The translations under genes and the position numbers were made by a program. Positions 52,025-60,040 of a DNA stretch of 64,000 bases are shown piece after piece. The notes below the pieces were generated by a model. That model was given only the letters and a program-made list of their open reading frames with translations. It ran no database searches and was not told the DNA's origin. How positions within the stretch are numbered: the first letter of the stretch is position 1; each line of letters starts with the position of its first letter. The DNA is from an uncultured Candidatus Peribacteria bacterium (GTDB taxonomy: Bacteria > Patescibacteriota > Gracilibacteria > UBA1369 > 2-02-FULL-48-14), in the NCBI GenBank assembly GCA_964516995.1, contig CAZFAV010000004.1:18689-82688 (forward strand), written 5' to 3'.

Positions 52025-54418
52025 CTACGTAAAAATGACATCGTAGTTTGTACCAAAGGTGAGACATTGGTTCACTTGCGCTAATGCTATGCGGAAAGCA
52101 TTCGCTTGAGTACTTGCCGCAACATTTGTCCTCAAAGGTCCAGTGGTGACCCAACCACTTACTAAATCGTCCATTAATTTTACATTCTGCGCCACCTCTC
52201 CTCTGGTTGGGGTTCTTGCTGGTGCAATACCTAAAAGACGATTGCACTGATCACGAGCGATGGCCTTATCTGCCGGGTTGATTGCGGCTGCACCTGTACC
52301 ATAAATAATACCAAAATTCGCTCCAAAAAGACCTGATGAGAATTCATTGAGGACATCGCTCATTTCTTGACTAGTTCTTGCACCGGTAATTCTTCCAAAC
52401 GTATCCTGATAGAGATCCCTCTTTTCCGGTCCATTGGAAATCAGGGCCACCAAGTCGACAGGAGGAGTAACCGTGGTGTCGTAGAGTGCATTGAGAACCG
52501 CTGTTAAATCGGCGGCCATTGCAGCGTGAGCAGTCGCTTCTGTGGAACCTGCCGTAAGCCGTGCTGGGTTAAAGCGCGTAATAAAGTTGGTGATAAAGTT
52601 GGCCAAACGAGGTCCCGTGTTTACCGTATCGTTACCCGTAAGTTGTTGAACGAGTCTCTTGTAACCCTCTCGTTTCGTAGTATCCACGCAAGCAGCTTGT
52701 ATTTCTGCGCGTTGCAAGAGAGGTCCAAAATGAAGCGTGAAGTCACCGGTGCGGTAGCTGCGGAGGAATTGATCTTGATCTGCTGGTTTTTCGAGACCCA
52801 AAACGATTTCTCCAAAGCTTTTCATCTTTCCGAGACCGAGTTCCATGGTCTTTGGGTCGGAATGGTAGAGTGCTTCCACTAAACTACCGTAAGCTCCCCC
52901 TGCTGTGCGTTGAGGAACTCCGGCGCGAGCAGGAGCTGCTGCGGCCAAGTTGTTGAAGACGGTCACCAAGAAAGCATTGAGCTGATCGAAGTGAGTTTGA
53001 GCCTCACCCGTATAGGCCGTTCTTTCTCCCAGTTTAGAGTCGGTGGTCCCAGGAGCAATACCTCCTAAATCTAGAACTGTGCCCGGTGCTGCTGGAGAAT
53101 GGGTGCGCAAAATTTCGTAAATTTCGATGGGCAAAGTGTCTGGACGCAGCTTGGTCGTCGCTTTGAGATTGAACAGATTTTTAAGCAAAGTTTTGATTTC
53201 CTCTCTTCCCTCTGGAGTCACCAAATCATTTTCTAAACGACCAGGATTGAGAAGTTGTGCAAAAGTCGCTCGAAAGGCGTCGGCATTAAAGTTTTCTAAG
53301 AAAGCTTCACGCGTCGTACCACTTTGCACTTGAGCGTCTATGCTGGCTCCAAATTCTGTGTACTTGATGTCTACCTTGGTCCTATCTTGTGGGTAAAGGC
53401 GGTCCAAAGTTCCGACTACTGGAGGAACGGCGGCGGTGTTGGACGCGGTTAAGAGCGTCATGGCGTTGGCGTAGATTTGAGCAAATTGCAAATGATTGGC
53501 ATCGTCTTGAGGATTGCGAAGTCCGTGACGATGACCAGCGTCTACAATGTATCGATCGGGATGCATAGGATCGGGGACAATGTGTGCCCCCCAACGGCGC
53601 ATGATTTCTGTGGTCATGGTTTCTACTTCATCTCGGGTGAGGTCATCGTCCAGATTGAAAAGAATGCTGCATTCTTTTTTAATGGCGGCTCGACCCGCAG
53701 GACTGCCCATGCTATGGCGGAACATTGCTGGATTAGAGAGCCGTCGGAGGCGTGTAGTGAGGGCAAAGCCGTTTCCAAAACCACGGCAAAGATTTTCTAC
53801 ATCGTGGTGAAAGTGATGTGTCCGGTGATCCACAAAACTGAGCACCTGTCCTCCCAGATTGTCCCAAGTGGGAGTTAAAGGAGTGACGGGGTGTTCTGGG
53901 ATTCCAAAAAGCCAGCCAGCTAAACGAGCCACCGCTTTTTTTGTGTAGGATGAGCGAAATAAATCCCAATCCGCGAGATCAGCAAAATGACCCCAAGCAT
54001 GCTCTATATCGTGTTGAGAGAGGTTGCCCTCCACTCGTTTATCGTTGAGTTCTCCCAAGCTTTCTATCGCTTCTAACAAGTCTCCTTTATCCCCTGGAAT
54101 GAGTCGTCTTAAGAAGGATTTTTTTTCTCCTTTGACGTGTCCATGTCCATGCCCATGTTCTCCTTCTTTTTTTGAGGAATCACCGTCTCCTTTGGGATGA
54201 TCTGGCTTAGGATGACCTCCACCCTTTTTATCGGCTTCTGCAGGATGATCTTCTTTTGTACCTAAAGCTGCATTGGTCACATTGCTAAAGGCTTGTCCAA
54301 ATTGACCGAGGGCGGCCATGACTGAAGGGTCTGCCCACGGATTAACCGAGGGGGCAGAAGGGGCTCCTGAGGGAGCGCCTGTAGGTCCGTGGTTGGGGTG
54401 ATGAGGTCCTGCGACCAT
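52025..54418 (-). CDS. Giant hypothetical protein G2 (797 aa; His-rich N-terminus, internally repetitive)
   Basis: Uninterrupted GC-rich ORF. N-terminal 'KEDHPAEADKKGGGHPKPDHPKGDGDSSKKEGEHGHGHGH'. In frame with G1, 9 nt after its TAA. No recognised domain. Confidence 0.75.
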   Translation of the reverse strand: MVAGPHHPNHGPTGAPSGAPSAPSVNPWADPSVMAALGQFGQAFSNVTNAALGTKEDHPAEADKKGGGHPKPDHPKGDGDSSKKEGEHGHGHGHVKGEKKSFLRRLIPGDKGDLLEAIESLGELNDKRVEGNLSQHDIEHAWGHFADLADWDLFRSSYTKKAVARLAGWLFGIPEHPVTPLTPTWDNLGGQVLSFVDHRTHHFHHDVENLCRGFGNGFALTTRLRRLSNPAMFRHSMGSPAGRAAIKKECSILFNLDDDLTRDEVETMTTEIMRRWGAHIVPDPMHPDRYIVDAGHRHGLRNPQDDANHLQFAQIYANAMTLLTASNTAAVPPVVGTLDRLYPQDRTKVDIKYTEFGASIDAQVQSGTTREAFLENFNADAFRATFAQLLNPGRLENDLVTPEGREEIKTLLKNLFNLKATTKLRPDTLPIEIYEILRTHSPAAPGTVLDLGGIAPGTTDSKLGERTAYTGEAQTHFDQLNAFLVTVFNNLAAAAPARAGVPQRTAGGAYGSLVEALYHSDPKTMELGLGKMKSFGEIVLGLEKPADQDQFLRSYRTGDFTLHFGPLLQRAEIQAACVDTTKREGYKRLVQQLTGNDTVNTGPRLANFITNFITRFNPARLTAGSTEATAHAAMAADLTAVLNALYDTTVTPPVDLVALISNGPEKRDLYQDTFGRITGARTSQEMSDVLNEFSSGLFGANFGIIYGTGAAAINPADKAIARDQCNRLLGIAPARTPTRGEVAQNVKLMDDLVSGWVTTGPLRTNVAASTQANAFRIALAQVNQCLTFGTNYDVIFT

Positions 54419-54427
54419 AGAAATAGG

Positions 54428-57400
54428 TTAAGCGGCGTGTTTAGCGTGATCTTCCTTGGGATGATCTTCCTTGGGATGATCTTCTTTGGGATGATCTTCT
54501 TTGGGATGATCTTCTTTTGATTTTCCTCCAGCTACTACCGTGAGGGCTGGCTTCCCCTTCTTAGCAGCGGACTTTCCTCTTTCTACTGTCGCTTTTCCAT
54601 CAGCACCTCCAAAGAGATCGGGCACTAAGTTACGAGACCAATATCGTCCGTGTTCGCTTCCAGCGAGAGTCACTCCCACAAAAGTAGGAACTGCGCCTAA
54701 AGCACCCCAAACTAAACCAGCAGCTCCTGTGGGAACAGCGGCTACGGTGCGGAGGGCTTTATCGGCGGTCCATTGGAGCGCATTTTTAGCTCGGCGTAGT
54801 CCGTTGCCCATCCACGTAAAAGGACTGGTCCATCCCTTAGCTTCTTTCATTTCTGAATAGTTCGGCTCATCAAAGTAATTCCAGGCGTTAACGGCTCCTG
54901 CGCTCATTTCGGTGAGCGGTTCTCCTAAACCAGCAGCAACTCCATTTAGAGCGCCTGCCACTAAGAGTCCACCTCCTTTGGCCACTGCTGGAATCGATTT
55001 GATCCCTGCCACTCCTACATCGATTCCCTTACCAATCAATTTGAGTGCGCCGTAGCTCACGACTGCAGCGGTTCCCGCTACGGCTACCCCAGCTCCAATG
55101 GCCACATTACGCACTAAGTTAGGAAATCGACTAGGCGCAGCGGGGGCTGCTGGTCTTGCGGGTGCCGCAGTTCCGGCAGGTGCATTGGTGCCGTTCCACC
55201 AGTTTCTTACACGATTGAATTGATTTCTAAAAAAACCAGGGCTTGCTCGAGTAAGGTCCCGAGCAGTTTGCCATCCTTGTTGCAAATCGTTTCTCACCCA
55301 ACGCCCAGCCCTTTTCACAGGACTCGTGCGGTCGGCTGTTTGAAGGCGAACAATTTCATCGTAAATATCACCATAAAATCCAGGCTGAATTTCTTCTGCT
55401 TGTCCAGGATTCGCCCCATCTAGTGCGGCGCGGAGGTCATTCACGATTTGGTCACGAGTCATTCCCTCGGCTTGCATTTCGGTCACCATGGGGATGAGAT
55501 TGTTGGCTGTAATGTATCGTCCCAAAGCTGCTCGGACTTCGGCTTGCTCGCGGCGAGCTTGAAGCGTTCCTACTAGGCGGTCCGCTCCAGCATTGCCTGC
55601 GTTGACCACTGCACGGCCTATTCCCCTTAGACGATCTCCATCTGTAGTTTCTGTAGAACCGCGGCGTACACGTTGAATGGTGCCCGTGTCCTCGTCCACT
55701 ACAAAACTAACTCGATCTGCTGGTCTCAAATGCGCAGCTTCCTCAGGAGGCGTGCCGTCTGGAATTTGTGCCGTTCCAGTATTGAGGCTCTGCGCCACCT
55801 GTTGTAAAACGTCGTTGTCTGCTACTCGTACATGAGTTTCGTTTCCATCTTCATTCAAAACCACGTTTCCTTCATCATCTAAGTTTCGGCGATACACTTC
55901 ACCCTGATACAGGAGGACGTTCTCAGGTTCACCTGCTAAGTCCACACCTACTGTTCCATTGACTCCTGTTCTGGTGGTTTCCGCTGCGGCGCGTTCCCTC
56001 ACTACTTCGCCAATTTGTCCTTCTACAGCGGCGCGAGCTCCCAGGGCTGAGCGTGCGGCACCCGTCAAGGCGCCCCAAGCTCCTGAAACTGCTCCAGTCA
56101 CTGCAACCTGAGCCTGTTGAAGACGAGTTGGGGGGGCTGGCCTATTGTGTCGAGCTAAACGCCCTCGGGCTGTTCCTCTTTGGGTTTCTAGCTCACCGAT
56201 GCGAGTTCGGATTTCAGTGATCGTTGCTAAGGCGGAAGTGATCGTAGCCAAGGCCTGTGCCAAATGGTCTCTTCTTTCTGTGTAACTACGAACCAGTCCA
56301 GCTCTATTAAAAGTTTCTGTCGGGAGGCCTGCTATGGTTTGTTCTAAGTGTGTTTGAGTTTGTGTGGCTGCGGTTTGTAAATGGGTGAGATAAGCTTCTA
56401 TTTCACCGAGTTCTTCACCTGTGGCAGTCAAAGTGGCGTCGTCGGTTTGCTCATTGATGGCTGTGTTTAAAGCAGCTAATCTTTGAGTATTTCCTGCTAA
56501 GGCTAGATCAGAGCCCCTTGTCGCTATATTTTCGAAAGAATCTTCTTCTGCTTGTGTGAGGCCTCTGCGTGCTTGCATCTCACCTTGTAAGACTCCTTCT
56601 TGGACAGAGAGATGAGCAGATACCTGTGTTCTTAATTGAGTAAACCCATCAATCGCTTCCCTCAAACCTGCGGGCCGGATTAGATTATTCAAACTTGTGA
56701 AATGAGGTTCTGAAAGGTTGATCCCTCGTTTGGTAGCCATCTCTTGGATGCGCCCCCCCACTGTTTCTAAGGCTGTTAAAGCCTTAAGCAGATCGTTGAT
56801 AAGAACCCTCGTAGCCGCTTCTGGATTCCCTGTGCTATTACTCGTAGTGATTCCCGTCTGATAACCTGCAACAAAGACTCTGGCACTCGCTGTTGTGGCA
56901 CATTGTTTTGACAAATGCAGGAGGCTCCATCCAGACTCTGTATCGATTTCTTCGGCTACACGGCCCCATTCTGTGTTTGCTTCTTGGACAAAGCTGTTTA
57001 TATCGGCCAGTTCATCTAAGCGTCTCGAAGCCTGATCTCGGAGTGTAGTGAGTTGGCTTTTCAGTGCGGCGCGTCCTTCTTCCCTGCCGATCAAAAGATC
57101 AGAGAAAGGAGTTTTTGTGAGATCTATTTTTTCGCTTCTAGCTTGTTCCCCTAAGGCCTGCTCGTAACGGTCAAATTCGTGCAAGGTGTGCAAGTACTCA
57201 TTGAGTTCTTCATGAACTGCCCTGGTGCCTGCATGGTTATTCTGTGCTTTATGAAGCTCGTTAGAAAACCTGCGTGCTGCGGTGTCCGCGGTAGCAGAGC
57301 TAGCTGCTGCCTGAAGGGTTTCTTGGTGCCGAGGAAGAGATCCTAAATTCTTTCTATTGCCTCCCCACCTAGAGACGAACGCTGTTTCGGCTCTTTGTCG

Positions 57401-57844
57401 ATCTTCGGCTACTTTTCTCTCTGCATCAACACGGGCTGTCTCGGCTTCTTCTTTGGCTTTATGCGTTGCAGCGGCTCTACGGAGTTGCTCTCTCATTACT
57501 TCGATCCATGCATCGGGCACCGTGCGATCGTTTCCTCCATCGGAAAGAATGAGCTGGAAGAGGGGGTGATTGCCGTTTCTGTTGATTTGCACGTGACCGT
57601 GGTCGCGACGAAGAGGCGCATTGAGCACATGACGAACCTCGTCGTATTCCTGTGGATTAGGTGCGCGCTCTGTACCGCGGTCAATGATCGTGAGTCGGCC
57701 AGCTTCTATGCGAAAAGCACGAGGTCCTAAATGCTCCCTTAAATTTCCTACGGCATTCACATTTCCATCTGCGTCCACTTGCAGCCTTTGGGCTACTTCG
57801 GGGAGGAGACTTCGATCAAAGCTTTGATCTGTGTTTGATGCCAT
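54428..57844 (-). CDS. Giant hypothetical protein G1 (1138 aa; coiled-coil-rich, C-terminal Gly/Ala-rich hydrophobic region, KEDHP x5 tail)
   Basis: Uninterrupted GC-rich ORF behind a near-consensus promoter. Long Ala/Glu/Arg/Gln-rich helical stretches. Hydrophobic Gly/Ala segments encoded at 54662-55108. No recognised domain. Confidence 0.8.
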   Translation of the reverse strand: MASNTDQSFDRSLLPEVAQRLQVDADGNVNAVGNLREHLGPRAFRIEAGRLTIIDRGTERAPNPQEYDEVRHVLNAPLRRDHGHVQINRNGNHPLFQLILSDGGNDRTVPDAWIEVMREQLRRAAATHKAKEEAETARVDAERKVAEDRQRAETAFVSRWGGNRKNLGSLPRHQETLQAAASSATADTAARRFSNELHKAQNNHAGTRAVHEELNEYLHTLHEFDRYEQALGEQARSEKIDLTKTPFSDLLIGREEGRAALKSQLTTLRDQASRRLDELADINSFVQEANTEWGRVAEEIDTESGWSLLHLSKQCATTASARVFVAGYQTGITTSNSTGNPEAATRVLINDLLKALTALETVGGRIQEMATKRGINLSEPHFTSLNNLIRPAGLREAIDGFTQLRTQVSAHLSVQEGVLQGEMQARRGLTQAEEDSFENIATRGSDLALAGNTQRLAALNTAINEQTDDATLTATGEELGEIEAYLTHLQTAATQTQTHLEQTIAGLPTETFNRAGLVRSYTERRDHLAQALATITSALATITEIRTRIGELETQRGTARGRLARHNRPAPPTRLQQAQVAVTGAVSGAWGALTGAARSALGARAAVEGQIGEVVRERAAAETTRTGVNGTVGVDLAGEPENVLLYQGEVYRRNLDDEGNVVLNEDGNETHVRVADNDVLQQVAQSLNTGTAQIPDGTPPEEAAHLRPADRVSFVVDEDTGTIQRVRRGSTETTDGDRLRGIGRAVVNAGNAGADRLVGTLQARREQAEVRAALGRYITANNLIPMVTEMQAEGMTRDQIVNDLRAALDGANPGQAEEIQPGFYGDIYDEIVRLQTADRTSPVKRAGRWVRNDLQQGWQTARDLTRASPGFFRNQFNRVRNWWNGTNAPAGTAAPARPAAPAAPSRFPNLVRNVAIGAGVAVAGTAAVVSYGALKLIGKGIDVGVAGIKSIPAVAKGGGLLVAGALNGVAAGLGEPLTEMSAGAVNAWNYFDEPNYSEMKEAKGWTSPFTWMGNGLRRAKNALQWTADKALRTVAAVPTGAAGLVWGALGAVPTFVGVTLAGSEHGRYWSRNLVPDLFGGADGKATVERGKSAAKKGKPALTVVAGGKSKEDHPKEDHPKEDHPKEDHPKEDHAKHAA
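54446..54520 (-). repeat. 15-bp tandem repeat x5 encoding (KEDHP)n at the G1 C-terminus
   Basis: Plus-strand units are gtgatcttccttggg / atgatcttccttggg / atgatcttctttggg / atgatcttctttggg / atgatcttcttttga at 54446-54520. Confidence 0.9.
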
Positions 57845-57873
57845 ACATTGATCTTAAAAATCAATATTACATT

Positions 57874-57902
57874 ATTATAACGTAGATCTGTTTTTTAGTC
57901 AA
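57874..57902 (-). promoter_or_regulatory. Near-consensus sigma70-type promoter for G1
   Basis: On the minus strand, TTGACT (57897-57902), a 17-nt spacer, then TATAAT (57874-57879). The ATG lies at 57844. An inverted repeat ATTGAT-N7-ATCAAT (57847-57865) lies between the -10 and the start codon. Confidence 0.6.
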
Positions 57903-57966
57903 TCCCTTCTGAAATTTAATATGCGTTTGAGCTATTCAAAAATTTAAAAATCCTTACTATGAGGCC

Positions 57967-58440
57967 ATGGACCGCAAAGAAGCCACAAGACTCGACCGCG
58001 TTTGGATGTTTTTTGCCCCGATTTTTGTCGGACTTTTAGCTTTGGACCAGGTCACCAAATGGTGGGCAGTGAATCATGTGGCTCCAGAAGCGAATGTGGA
58101 TTTTGGCTTTTCTCTGGTTTACAACCGAGTGCTTTTGTTCAACATTTCTCTGCCTCAGTGGGCCATTTATATTCTCACTTTTTGTATTTTAGCTCTGGGC
58201 GTTTATCTGGTACTCAAAAATAAGATGTGGGAACAAAAAATTCACCTGGTGGGTTTTGCCCTCATTTTGGCGGGTGCCATTGGTAACTTGATCGACCGAC
58301 TGCATTATGGAGCGGTGGTGGATTTTATCAAAGTCTATTGGTGGCCCAATTTCAACCTGGCAGACGTATTTATTGTGAGCGCCGTGGTGATTTTGGCTTG
58401 GGACATTTTGTTCCACGAAAACGCGCTCGATGATCTTTGA
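57967..58440 (+). CDS. lspA: Lipoprotein signal peptidase (signal peptidase II)
   Basis: LDQVTKWWAV, GAIGNLIDRLHYGAVVDFI and NLADVFI motifs. 157 aa, 4 TM helices. Confidence 0.85.
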   Translation: MDRKEATRLDRVWMFFAPIFVGLLALDQVTKWWAVNHVAPEANVDFGFSLVYNRVLLFNISLPQWAIYILTFCILALGVYLVLKNKMWEQKIHLVGFALILAGAIGNLIDRLHYGAVVDFIKVYWWPNFNLADVFIVSAVVILAWDILFHENALDDL

Positions 58441-58449
58441 GTGGGCGTG

Positions 58450-59262
58450 CTACCGAGCGATGTCCTTGGACTCGTGCGTGAGTTTGGTCATGAGTTCCTC
58501 GGGGCCGGTTTTGCCCGTGATGAGTTCGTGCATGGGAAAGATTTGATTGAGAAACCAAATTTCGCCCGAAAGCACGTGGGGAACGTGCATGGCTTTGGCT
58601 TCCTCCAAAAAGAGGCTGGTTTTGCCGTAGACTGCGTCTAGTGCCAACTGCGTGGTCTTCCAGAAACGGAAAGGAATGAGCGTCGATTGACGGTCTGCGC
58701 TGCTGGCTGCGGTAGCATTGATGATGAGATCGGGCGCGCCATTCCAGCTGTCTAGATGCTCGATCCATTCCAGCTCCATTTCTTGTGCAAAGGCCTTGGC
58801 GCGCTCGGGTGTACGGTTCCAAATGGCCACGCGGGCACCCTCTTTTTTGAGCCCGTAAGCCGCCGCGCGTGCAGCCCCTCCCGCCCCCAAAATGAGCACA
58901 GTTTTATCTTTGAGCTCACTCATTTTGTTCTTGATGGCTCCTACTGCTCCCATCCAATCCGTATTGTAGCCATAAAGTTTACCTTCGCGGTTCACGATCA
59001 CATTCACGGCGTTGACTGCCTTCACGTCTTCACTGGCTTCGTCCAAGTAGGCAATGGAAGGAGTTTTATAAGGCATTGTGGCCACAATACCACTGAGTTC
59101 TCCGTTTTTGAGTTTAGCCATGACGCCCTCAAATTCTTCGGGCGGTACATCATGGGTCTCAAAGTGAGCTTCTACTCCTTCTTCTTCAAAGGCCCCGTTC
59201 ATGACGGGAGTCGTTAAACAGAAGGACAGTGGATGTCCGACAATCCAGTACTGTTTGATCAT
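58450..59262 (-). CDS. aroE: Shikimate dehydrogenase
   Basis: GHPLSFCLTTPVMNGAF, GIVATMPYK, GYNTDWMG and LILGAGGAARAAAYGL (Rossmann) motifs. Confidence 0.85.
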   Translation of the reverse strand: MIKQYWIVGHPLSFCLTTPVMNGAFEEEGVEAHFETHDVPPEEFEGVMAKLKNGELSGIVATMPYKTPSIAYLDEASEDVKAVNAVNVIVNREGKLYGYNTDWMGAVGAIKNKMSELKDKTVLILGAGGAARAAAYGLKKEGARVAIWNRTPERAKAFAQEMELEWIEHLDSWNGAPDLIINATAASSADRQSTLIPFRFWKTTQLALDAVYGKTSLFLEEAKAMHVPHVLSGEIWFLNQIFPMHELITGKTGPEELMTKLTHESKDIAR

Positions 59263-60017
59263 TTCTTACTGTTGGATTTCATGAGTTCACCAGCAGCCTC
59301 TACTGCTCGAAGTACTTCGATAGGTACCATCCAAACAGTGGTGTTGGATGCATCAGAAGAAAGATCATCGATGGCGTCCAGAGTGCGAAGGTGAAGAGCG
59401 CCAGGTTGTGCGCTGAGCATACGTGCGGCTTTGCTCAAGTTTTCGGCAGCGATCACTTCTCCTTCAGCCTTAATGATGGTGGCTTCGCGTTCACGTTGAG
59501 CTTCTGCCGCCTTACCAATCGTACGCTTCATATCCTCTGGGATGTTGATATCCTTGAGTTCTACATTCACTACATTCACTCCCCACACTTTAATCATTTC
59601 TACTACTGCATTGCGGATTTTTTCAGACTGTTGTTCACGTTGAGAAAGCAGTTCGTTTAAGGTCACTTCTCCCACCACATTACGCATGGTGGTCTGAGCG
59701 AGTTGGCTGGTGGCGTAATAGAAATTTTCGATGTTCAAAACGGCCTTGCTGGCATCATCTACTTTGAAGAACAAAACCGCTGTCACTGCCACAGAAATAT
59801 TGTCTTTGGTGAGACAGTCTTGGCTGGGCACTTCCACAGTACGAAGGCGAAGGTCTACTTTGGTCATGGATTGGAAAATAGGCAAAACCAAGCGCCAGCC
59901 TGGATCCACCATCTTTGTGAATTTTCCTAAAGTAAATTTCACTCCACGTTCGTACTGATTGACCTGCCGGATGCTGATGAGCAAAACGAAGAGGACGAGG
60001 AAAATCAAGAAGGGCAT
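59259..60017 (-). CDS. SPFH/band-7 (stomatin/slipin-like) membrane protein
   Basis: N-terminal TM, 'VNQYERGVKFTLGKF', 'TKDNISVAVTAVLFFKV', and a C-terminal coiled coil 'AEAQREREATIIKAEGE'. ATGA overlap with aroE. Confidence 0.8.
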   Translation of the reverse strand: MPFLIFLVLFVLLISIRQVNQYERGVKFTLGKFTKMVDPGWRLVLPIFQSMTKVDLRLRTVEVPSQDCLTKDNISVAVTAVLFFKVDDASKAVLNIENFYYATSQLAQTTMRNVVGEVTLNELLSQREQQSEKIRNAVVEMIKVWGVNVVNVELKDINIPEDMKRTIGKAAEAQREREATIIKAEGEVIAAENLSKAARMLSAQPGALHLRTLDAIDDLSSDASNTTVWMVPIEVLRAVEAAGELMKSNSKK

Positions 60018-60040
60018 AGTGTTTTAGAAAAGGGGTAGCC

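Noticed and set aside
54446-54520. Whether the tandem repeat could be a CRISPR array or other non-coding repeat.
   Set aside because: The units are 15 bp, directly abutting with no spacers, and lie in frame inside the G1 ORF. This is a coding microsatellite-like repeat, not a CRISPR array.
57803-57844. The shared N-terminal motif of G1 (MASNTDQSFDRS) and G3 (MARSTDVQSDRF, 51870-51905) as a secretion signal.
   Set aside because: Only about 8 of 12 residues align, and only with gaps. That is far too short to be significant without homologues. It is mentioned inside the locus finding but not claimed.
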